DNA from: a virus
DNA length: 64,000 nt
Virus record (IMG/VR): IMGVR_UViG_3300022602_001838
Span: 17,548-81,547 of that record
Strand: one strand, 5' to 3'
Shown here: positions 28,520 through 38,100 of the stretch, one piece after another
How positions within the stretch are numbered: position 1 is the first letter of the stretch
Layout: the number at the start of each line of letters is the position of its first letter
Notes under the pieces: generated by a model
What the model saw: the letters and a program-made list of their open reading frames with translations, nothing else
What the model was told of the DNA's origin: nothing
Databases searched by the model: none
Position numbers and translations under genes: made by a program

Positions 28520-31180
28520 TCAGTCCCAGCTGAATAGATTGTCGAATGTTGATTTAGTATCAGTGTGAGCAAGAATATCCCACTCTAGTACGCCCAACAA
28601 GTTTTCTACTTTCTGGTCAACAATGGTTGATTGCATAGTCTCTTGGTCGAATGGCAACTGTTTGAACCAATCGGGAATATTTGCCTGATCGATTGGATAG
28701 CCCACTGATGTATAGTCCAAAGGATTATCTTTGAGTTTACATACAATTGTTTTCATACCGTCAACAATCTTCATTGAATAATTGTCAGCATACATTCTGC
28801 GTAGAGTATTCCAATTCATAGCAGCACGAACGTGTCCAGGCATATTTGCTTTGCCCAGTCGTTGTTCATCTGCTGTGTATTTTGTCAGATTGTTCACACG
28901 CTTGGGTGTGCCCTTCTCCCACGCTGGCAGATCGTTGAAGTCTAGTTTGAATTTACGAATCTTTTCATAGATGTGTTCTTTATCGCTGCCAGTCAATACA
29001 TCCAACAAGATTGCGCTCAAGAAATCCTGAACTAGTTTTGGCGTATCTGATCGTTTCAAGTCCAAGCCCATAGCCTTGACTTTGCCTGGCTTGCCATCAA
29101 CATCTAGTCGTTTGCCCTCAAGATCAAAAATCAGTACAGCATACCGCTTCTTCTTGATGAACAAGCCCTTTTCAGCAATCAGTTCACGACCACCCTTGAT
29201 GATAGCACCCATTTCACGTGGACAATGACAAGCACGTTCCATGAACGGTGGAAAACTTTCATTCACGCTGTCTGCGATTGTGTCATAGAGTGCGATACAA
29301 ACGTCCTTGTTCCATTCCATCTTGCCAGCACGAATATCTTTTTCAAAGATTGGGTATGCACTGAAATAAACTGAGTCAGTATCACCATAGATGATTGATT
29401 TGCCCACGTGATCGTATTCACCAGTCAGACATTCATTAACGTGTGCATCCATATGACGAGCAATGCTACGACCAGTAAGAGTAGTTGATTGACCAATGCG
29501 TTTGTCAAAGAATCTACAGCCAGCGTTCAAAATCGCACCGTACAAACTGTTCAAGTTAATCTTCTTAACAAGCTGACGTTTGTCCCAGTACGCCTTGTCC
29601 GCATCTGTCTCGGCTTCTTTCTTCTTGGCCTGCATTTCTTTACGTTCTGCATACCAACGTTTCAACAAGCCGGGAATGATACCTTCAACGTCATATCTAA
29701 AGATAGTACCGTTTGCACTCAGAGTCCAGGGCTGATTGCTGTCAAAGATTAGATGCCAGACTTCTGCTGCTGTGTGCGTAGTACTGCCACCCTCTTCCCA
29801 ATCAATTGTGATTTCTGTGCCCTGTTCCATATTCATCACAGCGTTATACTCAAGACAGGCAAACAAACCTTCCCACGAGTCAGCGAAACTACTGCCAGCA
29901 GCCTGTTTCTGCGACAAGTGATGATCGGTCATTGTTTGTCTGAATTGCCCAACGATGGTTTCGGGTCCCATGTTGAGTGCTCGAATAGTCGAGGGATAGA
30001 GTGAGTTAATGTCGATTGCCCCGATGTAGTCGTGCATACCTCTTTTGGGCGTAGCAACATAGGCACCTGCGGCTTGCGTTGATTCAGAGTCGTCATACTT
30101 CTTTCTATTTGGAACGATCATACCACGTCCGTGAGCCTCGTTGATGATGGCCTGCTCTGTAACTGCGACTGCACCCATAGTAGTCGCCAACAACACGGTA
30201 TTATCGTGAGCAATTTCGTTGGCCAGGTCGATGAAACGTAGTTTCTTGTCTAGCTTTGCCAACAACATGGTATCTTGTCTGTTATAGTCGATGAACTTGT
30301 AGAAGTCAGTGTTGTACAACTGATCCAATGTGCCTTCGTAGGCAACTTTACGTTCATCAAGTTCGTATTCGCCAATGGCGTCCAAACTATAACTGTGTCG
30401 TTCTTCGTAGGTATACTTGCGATAGAGTTGCATATAGTCCATATGCACACGACCAATTAAATCGTATGTAATGTTCTTTGCACCAAATCGCTCAAACTCA
30501 CGCTGTTTGGGAAACTGATTCCACAAACACATTCTGCGTGTATCATCTTTGCTAAGAATGCGAATGATACGCCCAACAGTATAGGGTACGTCGAAGCCTT
30601 CGCTGTTCCAGCCACTCATAATATCTGCGTCTTCGATCAGGTCAAGGAATGTATTGAGCATATCCTCTTCTCTGTCAAACAGATAGCAGTTTTCAAATCT
30701 GTTGCAGATTTCTTCTGCCGATTCCCAGCTATAACTCTTTGGAGGCAAGGCCAATGTTACCATCTTGTCGCACCAATCAAGGTACACTGAGATAGCAGTT
30801 ATAGCGTTAAATGGGTCTTCTGGGGGAGCATAGCCTTTCTCAGGGTGGAAATCCACCTCAATGTCGAAAAATGCTGTTTGTAGTTTAGGTGAATCGATTC
30901 CAAGATAGTTATTTGAGAGGCATCTAAACACGGGGTTAAAGTCACTCTCCCACAATCTCTTGTTATCTTGAATCTTGAGTTCTTTGTGAAACTCTTTGCT
31001 ATTGCGAGTGCTGAATCTACTGACAGGAGTCCCATAAATTGTGGTAAATTTACCTTTGGGATCGTCATAATAGAATGTATATTCAGCTGGGTATTCTCGG
31101 TATTCTCTGACGCCGTTCACTCGTTCTACGATGTGAATACGGTCTTTTTGCCTGTCGTACAGGGCATCAACGTAACTCAT
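28520..31180 (-). CDS. family B DNA polymerase (gp43-like)
   Basis: Exonuclease FDIE, WNSEGFD, YNRQD; polymerase DINSLYPS, KINLNSLYG, YGDTDS, KKRY. Confidence 0.96.
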   Translation of the reverse strand: MSYVDALYDRQKDRIHIVERVNGVREYREYPAEYTFYYDDPKGKFTTIYGTPVSRFSTRNSKEFHKELKIQDNKRLWESDFNPVFRCLSNNYLGIDSPKLQTAFFDIEVDFHPEKGYAPPEDPFNAITAISVYLDWCDKMVTLALPPKSYSWESAEEICNRFENCYLFDREEDMLNTFLDLIEDADIMSGWNSEGFDVPYTVGRIIRILSKDDTRRMCLWNQFPKQREFERFGAKNITYDLIGRVHMDYMQLYRKYTYEERHSYSLDAIGEYELDERKVAYEGTLDQLYNTDFYKFIDYNRQDTMLLAKLDKKLRFIDLANEIAHDNTVLLATTMGAVAVTEQAIINEAHGRGMIVPNRKKYDDSESTQAAGAYVATPKRGMHDYIGAIDINSLYPSTIRALNMGPETIVGQFRQTMTDHHLSQKQAAGSSFADSWEGLFACLEYNAVMNMEQGTEITIDWEEGGSTTHTAAEVWHLIFDSNQPWTLSANGTIFRYDVEGIIPGLLKRWYAERKEMQAKKKEAETDADKAYWDKRQLVKKINLNSLYGAILNAGCRFFDKRIGQSTTLTGRSIARHMDAHVNECLTGEYDHVGKSIIYGDTDSVYFSAYPIFEKDIRAGKMEWNKDVCIALYDTIADSVNESFPPFMERACHCPREMGAIIKGGRELIAEKGLFIKKKRYAVLIFDLEGKRLDVDGKPGKVKAMGLDLKRSDTPKLVQDFLSAILLDVLTGSDKEHIYEKIRKFKLDFNDLPAWEKGTPKRVNNLTKYTADEQRLGKANMPGHVRAAMNWNTLRRMYADNYSMKIVDGMKTIVCKLKDNPLDYTSVGYPIDQANIPDWFKQLPFDQETMQSTIVDQKVENLLGVLEWDILAHTDTKSTFDNLFSWD

Positions 31181-31185
31181 AATCT

Positions 31186-31258
31186 CTCCGTATGTGATTT
31201 AAAGCTCACACTCACTCTACATGCCAGTTTATAGTCAGGCGACGACTTAAAATATTTA
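31186..31258 (-). promoter_or_regulatory. structured polymerase leader (pseudoknot plus hairpin) downstream of TAAATA
   Basis: AGUCG-UCGCC-UGACU..GGC; GUGUGA-8 nt-UCACAU just 5' of SD GGAG. Confidence 0.5.
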
Positions 31259-31546
31259 TGCAACAATCATTCGCACCAGGCCAATAGTGTCGATTGAAGT
31301 CAAGAGGATATAGTTGGCCAACATCCCAAAACTCTTGCGAGTCCACGCAGCCCAAGCATACATAGCACAGCCACTGATCCATATAGGATATAGGGCAAAA
31401 AGAGGAGGGTTAGGTACTGTGCAAGCCATAGTGAGGCTGCAACCAATACTAGTAGCCCAAGCAAGTAGCTCAATGCAAAACCTAAATGGATGTGTTTTGT
31501 AGTCATCTTTGATCCACAGGAAAATGTTGGCCAATATATCGTTCAT
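31256..31546 (-). CDS. small membrane protein
   Basis: Three hydrophobic segments. Confidence 0.6.
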   Translation of the reverse strand: MNDILANIFLWIKDDYKTHPFRFCIELLAWATSIGCSLTMACTVPNPPLFALYPIWISGCAMYAWAAWTRKSFGMLANYILLTSIDTIGLVRMIVA

Positions 31547-31611
31547 AATAAATTTACAATCAGTGGTTTATAAAGTAATATATTGTTTCGTCTGATTGTA
31601 AAGTGCGTGAG

Positions 31612-31878
31612 TCACAGTGTTTTCCCAACAGTTTCTAGAATAGTGTTGAGTTCATCGTGATCACGATTGGTCTCACCCAACTTGGCTTTATGTGCAATTT
31701 TCAGTGCCTTTTTCAGCGTTGCTGGTTTGATTTCCAATTCTTCTGCTACTGCTTTGACAGTATCATTCAGACCTGCGTTGAGGTCTTCGATTTCTTGCAA
31801 CACACTCATACCTTCATTGATGAGTTGTGTCAATTTGATTTTGGCTTCGCCATTGAATGTGCGGTCGTAATCGCTCAT
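31612..31878 (-). CDS. T4 DsbA-like dsDNA-binding protein
   Basis: 88 aa helical; VKAVAEELEIKP..LKKA.KIAHK; SD AGGAG. Confidence 0.6.
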   Translation of the reverse strand: MSDYDRTFNGEAKIKLTQLINEGMSVLQEIEDLNAGLNDTVKAVAEELEIKPATLKKALKIAHKAKLGETNRDHDELNTILETVGKTL

Positions 31879-31900
31879 AAGTTCTCCTAAGTGATAATCT

Positions 31901-31929
31901 ATTGTATAAGTTTATGCGTTGATTTTCAA
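31901..31929 (-). promoter_or_regulatory. sigma70-type promoter
   Basis: TTGAAA-17-TACAAT. Confidence 0.65.
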
Positions 31930-31940
31930 GTTAAACGGTG

Positions 31941-33071
31941 TTATCCCTTGAATTGTTCCAGCAGAATAGTGATGGCTTCTCTGACACCGGGGTCGTGCAT
32001 ATAGTACTGCTTTAGGTCTTTGTCCAAATAAGCTGGTCGCTTCATTGGATCTCCTGCGATACTTTCTGACTTGCGTTTGTTTTCAAAGTAGTCCATATTC
32101 TTATCCAAATCATAGATATATGATTTTGGTTCTTGTTTGTGTCGCTTGGGGTCAGCACACAATCTATCTAAATTACTATAACTCCAAGATTGGAAGTAGT
32201 CTGTGTTATAGAATGTGTCTGCGTTGTATTGTACCAGTGTACTCTGTGCAATGGATTTTCTGCCCTTGCTGTCTCTGGTATCAAAGAATGGTCTCAGCAT
32301 ACTGAATTCCCATTTCAAATTGTAGTAATGCCACCACCACCAATCTGATATGGTGTTGATACCTTCAATACCGACTTCTTCAATGTTTGCGCTGACTTTA
32401 TCTGTGTACCAATCGGCAAAACTCTGACTGGCGCCTTTGTTAACTATGCCCTGTGCAATCAATCTTCGATTGTTGCGCCAAGGCAGTAAGTGCTGTTTAT
32501 CTGCTAACAGATACTCATACATGGGCATACTGGGTCCAAACAAACAATCTCCTGGGTCACCGTGCGCAACAATGTGCGATTTGACGAACTCATCAGTGAC
32601 ATTTAGTGTAGCAGTTTCACGGCATTCTATTTTGCCTTCTATGAATTCTTGATAGAAATGTGGGTTTTCTTCTACACTTTTTGCCGAATGATAGATAACA
32701 ATCTGTTCTAGGTCGTTAGTGTTCTTTATCAAGGCACTGAGCACACAAGTGCTATCAATGCCCCCACTCCACATCACAGCTATTCTACGATCTTGTGCAA
32801 GCAACTCTGTTGCTCTGCGATCCAACAAGTCGCTTAACTTGTCCTGAACATAATACAATTCGGGAGCAGCAAATACGGGATTGCTAGTTGCTGACCAAGG
32901 ATTAGTAAATGTGCCCTGTCTGGCTCTAAGATCGTGTAGCCCCAATACATAGAAAGCAATCTCTGCCCAATGTTGACCTTTTCCAGCAACACGCATCTGA
33001 CGTATTGGCAAACATACCATAGCACTTGACTTTAATCCGGCTAAATGGTAATCTACGTAACGTGGGTTCAT
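31941..33071 (-). CDS. asparagine synthase-like PP-loop protein
   Basis: VMWSGGIDST; HGDPGDCLFG. Confidence 0.7.
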   Translation of the reverse strand: MNPRYVDYHLAGLKSSAMVCLPIRQMRVAGKGQHWAEIAFYVLGLHDLRARQGTFTNPWSATSNPVFAAPELYYVQDKLSDLLDRRATELLAQDRRIAVMWSGGIDSTCVLSALIKNTNDLEQIVIYHSAKSVEENPHFYQEFIEGKIECRETATLNVTDEFVKSHIVAHGDPGDCLFGPSMPMYEYLLADKQHLLPWRNNRRLIAQGIVNKGASQSFADWYTDKVSANIEEVGIEGINTISDWWWWHYYNLKWEFSMLRPFFDTRDSKGRKSIAQSTLVQYNADTFYNTDYFQSWSYSNLDRLCADPKRHKQEPKSYIYDLDKNMDYFENKRKSESIAGDPMKRPAYLDKDLKQYYMHDPGVREAITILLEQFKG

Positions 33072-33107
33072 TGTTGAATTCTACAGGAATTTTAGAGGAA
33101 AATAAAT

Positions 33108-33197
33108 GCTCACTTTACCCAGAGAATGGCGTTTATCTGGGATTCGGCAGCAGCCGCCGACACCTTCGTAACTAAGTACGGTCCTAAGGTAGGTGTT
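33108..33197 (-). ncRNA. candidate structured RNA of unknown class
   Basis: GC-rich intergenic with stems ACACCU/AGGUGU, CGUA/UACG, CGGCGG/CUGCCG, CCCAGA/UCUGGG. Confidence 0.5.
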
Positions 33198-33735
33198 AAG
33201 AATATTTAGCGCGGAATGTAGCGTATAGGCTATATCTACTGGAATCTTTGACTGGATTAAGCATACCGTGTGGTAATCGTCTGTTGCAAATAGTTATGTA
33301 ACCTGAATTTGGTACGAAAGCACAAGTATGTCTGCCTTTAGTAGTATACCAAGTAGTGCCAATATATGGGTCTAGACTTTGAATATAGACCTGAAAATGT
33401 GCATATACAACATTATCATCTTCGTGGAATGGAATCATATAACCAGGATCGTCACGCCAGACTCTGACCTGATTGCATTGTATGTTTTGATTGTCTAGTA
33501 GTTCAATGATACCAGACATATCAACTGAGGTCAATTCTTCTAAGATGCCATCATTGACCCAAGTCAATTCTTGTCTTAAATTACTTGCTGTACTTTGTAC
33601 AAATGCTTCTTGGTCTAGCCCAAGCACAGTTTGTTTGATGTATTCAAAATCAGCAGAGTCAAAAAATTGACCAACACTCCATAGCCCATCGTCCAAAGGT
33701 ACTACGTCTGATAGATTTAACTTGAGTTTTTTCAT
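33196..33735 (-). CDS. 2OG-Fe(II) oxygenase
   Basis: HED...H...RYS. Confidence 0.7.
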   Translation of the reverse strand: MKKLKLNLSDVVPLDDGLWSVGQFFDSADFEYIKQTVLGLDQEAFVQSTASNLRQELTWVNDGILEELTSVDMSGIIELLDNQNIQCNQVRVWRDDPGYMIPFHEDDNVVYAHFQVYIQSLDPYIGTTWYTTKGRHTCAFVPNSGYITICNRRLPHGMLNPVKDSSRYSLYATFRAKYS

Positions 33736-34694
33736 TAGAATAAGTCTGGGTTTTGGTCAGCAAAGTCACGCATCAACACACCCGCTTGTGCGTTGGCTTC
33801 GTTCTCGATCTCACTGCCAGTATCACCGTCGCCTGGTTGAATTCTGTCTTCTTCACGTTGTTTGTGATGTGTGAGTTCGTGACCCAATGTTCGCAGCATA
33901 TCCATGATATGACGATCTCGGTATGCTACTTGTACGGTATTTGTATTTGGATCAAATAGACCAAATGTTGGATGTTCTGTAGAACCAATCTCTGCTACAA
34001 GTTTAATCTTTGGTAGTCGTTTAATACCCAAAGATTTAACGCAGTGTTTGACAAAGTTGTTGCCAACTCGATGTAGGTCTGGCTCGGCAGATTCTTTTAA
34101 GTGTTCTTTTTGGAATGTGTCAGCAAAGGCCTTACACATTTTTTCAATATCTGGATTGTTTGTGAAGCGAATATCAAAGTCGTTGTGCTCAACTTCTTGA
34201 TGTTCTGGATCACGGTATCCGCAATAGACCACTTTAACAGGAGTAGTTTCAATCAGTTCGTTGCAGCTAATGCCCTGTCTGTCTGGCATATCATCTACAC
34301 AAGGACTCAGTGTAGTAACAATCACAGCATCTTCGGGTATCTCGCCATACATACTCTTGAACTTGTCTAGTGCTCTGCGTTCAGCATGTGCCCACTTACC
34401 TTCAAAATGGCTAGTGGCGCAGACCTTTTTACCGTCGCCGATTACCGCAGCAGCAACAAGTCCACTACCACTGTCTTTGCGTTTGTTTTTGATGATCAGA
34501 TCGCAGAGTTCTACTAGAACATCATCATAATCAGTTTCTTGTGATTCTGCTAGATCAAATGCTTTGAGATTCTTTTGTATCTGTCCTGGACGAACATCCT
34601 TGGTCAGACTCATACTATAACGAGGGTCTTTAGCTTGTGATTTCGTAGCAATCACGCCAGTACCACCAGCCTCAAACAACTCGTAGATATTCAT
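33735..34694 (-). CDS. modular protein: zinc deaminase plus HExxH metallopeptidase
   Basis: MNIYELFEA; HAE..TLSPC..C (RibD/CDA-like); TLGHELTH..E.EAN. Confidence 0.75.
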   Translation of the reverse strand: MNIYELFEAGGTGVIATKSQAKDPRYSMSLTKDVRPGQIQKNLKAFDLAESQETDYDDVLVELCDLIIKNKRKDSGSGLVAAAVIGDGKKVCATSHFEGKWAHAERRALDKFKSMYGEIPEDAVIVTTLSPCVDDMPDRQGISCNELIETTPVKVVYCGYRDPEHQEVEHNDFDIRFTNNPDIEKMCKAFADTFQKEHLKESAEPDLHRVGNNFVKHCVKSLGIKRLPKIKLVAEIGSTEHPTFGLFDPNTNTVQVAYRDRHIMDMLRTLGHELTHHKQREEDRIQPGDGDTGSEIENEANAQAGVLMRDFADQNPDLF

Positions 34695-35134
34695 TTCAAG
34701 ACGCTTCTTAACATCCAGCTGTGTTTGCGATGTGCGTCCATACGCTCTGCTAAGAAGTTGCTGAATCCGTGTTCACCTTCTGCCTCAGCAACATCATAGA
34801 CCATCTTTAACAAGATGCACATTTTGTCGCTGTCTTCTAGCAACATAGTGACCATAGCACCATCTGGGATGACTTCGGTTTGGTCTTCAATACGAGTAAG
34901 AACACTCAACTTGCTCAAACTACCTGGAGCGTAGCAGTCTAAGGCGCGCAACTTTTCAGCAAAGTCATCTATGATGCCATAGACTTCTTCGTAGATGTTT
35001 TTAAATAGTTCGTGGAACTGTTGAAAGTGAACACCTTCGACATTCCAGTGAAACTCGTGTGCCTTAAGATAGAAAGCAAACTCGCTGGCGAATGCGATTC
35101 TGGCTGCTTGCTGTAGTTGTGATAGTTCTTCCAT
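34691..35134 (-). CDS. dps: Dps/ferritin-like protein
   Basis: HEFHWNVEG..F...H..F..IY....D..AE; HRKHSWML; TATAAATA 4 nt before ATG. Confidence 0.88.
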   Translation of the reverse strand: MEELSQLQQAARIAFASEFAFYLKAHEFHWNVEGVHFQQFHELFKNIYEEVYGIIDDFAEKLRALDCYAPGSLSKLSVLTRIEDQTEVIPDGAMVTMLLEDSDKMCILLKMVYDVAEAEGEHGFSNFLAERMDAHRKHSWMLRSVLK

Positions 35135-35141
35135 ACTGTAT

Positions 35142-38100
35142 TTATATAATGTCGTATCCAGCTCGTTTCATAGCATAAAGACGACTTTCCATGATTTCAT
35201 CTTCGTCAAATGGTAACTCTGTTTGCAACTCTTCTGGATCGTGCAACAACTCTTGTGTATGTCCCGGAGTTACCTTCATTGGGGCATTAGCTGGATTTTT
35301 CAATCCTCTGAGCTGACTTATCAAAGCATCTTTTTGGATTGTTAGTCTGGCTTTTTGACTTGAATCATCCCCGTAACTTCCAGGTATTTTATCCAACTGT
35401 TTTTGAATCAATTTGATCTGTTGCTGTAACTGTGTGATTGAGTCGTGATCATTGCTCTTAGCTGGAGCTGCTACTGGTGCTGGGGTAGGATGAACTTGTT
35501 GTTTTAGTTCATCTTTAGCAACTGGTTTGTCCAACTCTTTTCTAATCACTTCACGCTCTTTGCTGTCTTGGTCTTTTTTCTGTTGAACTGGCACATCTGC
35601 GGCACGGACTTTGCTTGGCAAAGTTTGTGTTTTGACTTGATCAACTCGTTGACTCAATCTGCGTAACAAATCTTGTTGCTGTTTGTTAACAGTTTCAACA
35701 CCCTGTAACTCTCGTTCAGTACTGTCTAGTTCTGAGCTTAATGGATCTAGTTGACGCAAAATTTTGTTGACCTGTGCGTAGTTGTCTCTGGTCTGTTTAG
35801 CAACCCCGCTCAAATATCCAAACACTGCGTCTGTATCGCTTTGTGCTTCTGGGTTAGTACGGCGAGCAACTCTGATTAGTTCTTTACCAGCTGGGCTAGA
35901 GATAGCTTCGTTGGTCTTTTGCTTTTGTGGTTGTTGACGTTGTTGTTTGCGTTTTTCTTGTTGAGCAACACGTTTGACCATGTCTTGATACTCATCACCA
36001 TAATCAGCTTCTTGGTCTTTTTTCTTGCTTTCACCCAAGCTGCCCATACCACTACCACCCACTGGGCTAGTTGTGTCTGTGACTGGAGCAATGCCGCCTC
36101 CGCCAAAGCCGCCACCGTATTGATCCTCACGAGTGTAGTTTCCAATTGGCTGCAGGATAAAATCCTCTGCACTTAACTTTTGTCTTGTTGGATCAGCTTC
36201 TGCTTTATGAACATATGTGTCGATGACTCGTTTAGCCATGATGTGATTAACTGCCTTAGCAACTATGATTTTTTTATTACTACGGTGTGGATTATAAATC
36301 ACATTGACTTTTTGATCTGAGTGGAATATTCTAGACTCATCCACTTCGCCTCCTGGACTTGCACTACCCACTTGTTGTCCATCAGAGTTCATAATAAATA
36401 TGGCCTCATTGCGAGCATTGGCAAGTTCTTGAGCCGCTTGAATAGCATCGCCTCCTCCCCAAAATTGACCAAGCATTGTGCCTTGCGCATCTGTTAGATT
36501 GAATGAATCGTCGTCGGTGTCATCGTTGTATTCATTTTCCTGTGGTCTTGCACCGCCTACACGACCTGCATCGTCATTTACAAACACATGGATGTTGCGT
36601 TGATTTGCATATTGCTGTGCGGCATCTAGTGCATCTTCTTCTGAACCATTTATGATATCAATAAGACCACCTTCGCTGTTTGTTAAACTATATTGACCCT
36701 GCGCAAGTCTTTGTTCTTGGTCTGCTGTGCGCTGACTTGTAAACTTGGCTGCATCGGCTTTTGGAGCTGCCTTAGTGCCTGGTAATGGAAGTGGTTTACT
36801 TGTATCACCACGCAGTGCTTTAACAGCATCAACAAATCCTGGATCTGTTTGTTTAATGGTCTGCATATAGCCAATACCAACAGCATTCTTATCACGGTTC
36901 TCGTTATACATACCAAATGCACTACCACGTTCAGTACCATGAGCGCTGAATTTATCAGCAAACTGTTCCAAGGTACTTCGTTTTGTTGGGAACATTTCGA
37001 GGCGTAAGAAGTTTTCTGGTGCTGCCGAAGCAATATTTTCTTTTGTTGCTGTAGCAAATCCACTATCTGCTAACAATCGTTCGCGGGCACTTGGATCTGG
37101 TACAACTTTGACAGTTATTCTACCAGTCCCGTAGTTAGATTTTGCCCAATATTTGGCAGCTTCTATTGCTTGTTCTGGTGTGCTACCACGAGTCGTAACA
37201 ACATCAACAAAACGAACTGGAATACCACGAGCCGCAATAGAACGAATATCAGTTAATGCCAATTTATCAGAGTTTGAAACTTCAGGAGCTTTCATCATCT
37301 TGACCAACTTACCAACATATTCATCACGATAGGCAGTTGGATCACTTGCGATAATCATGGCACGAACAAAACGGCCCACTGTGTTGGCAATATCTGCTGC
37401 CTTGCTCAAATAGTCACCACCTGCGTGTCTGAATGAAACATACTTGCCGTTAAAGTTGACTGTGGCAAAGTGATCGTCGCTGATGCGTTTGACCATCTCT
37501 TTCATTTCTTTTTCTGCGTCTTTGAATGTGGTAGAACCAACAGTTGGCAAACTACCGTTGCCCTTTAGATTATTGATAACACTGCGAGCATAGCTGTTGT
37601 TTTCACGACCAAACTGTTTCAACACATAGTTGTCACCAATGAATGTTGCCAACTTTAGCACATCAAGTTTGTCCGGAATACTGACATTGATGTGTAGGCC
37701 AGTAGAGTTGTTGGTATAGAAGTTTAACTGTTGTGCTTTCTGATACCATGTGCGTAGTGCTGTCATTGCAGCATCTGCCTTCAGTGGGGGACTAACAACC
37801 TCTGCTGCATAATCGCCCTGATTTGGGCGCAAGCTACCGTCTGGTTCAATATACCAACGGTCAAGTTTCTTTGTTGCTTGGTGATACCCTCGGAAGATTT
37901 CCATGTTGTCACCAAACACATCTTTAAGATTTGCCTTCAAAAACTCAGCGCCGTCCATGTAATCGCCACTGTGGCTACTGCGTCTGCGTGGTGCTAAACT
38001 TGCTGGTTCAGCGGCCCCGGGAGTAACATAGTACCAAAGTTTTTCTTTTAGAGTGTCTGTGTTGTTATTAACGCGACCTTTGAATGCCCACTTGGTCTTT

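Noticed and set aside
28520-31180. Intein or intron in the DNA polymerase
   Set aside because: 886 aa continuous ORF with normally spaced motifs
33160-33197. Twister ribozyme suggested by GGUCCUAAG on the plus strand
   Set aside because: Other twister elements could not be placed, and G-U pairing favours the minus strand
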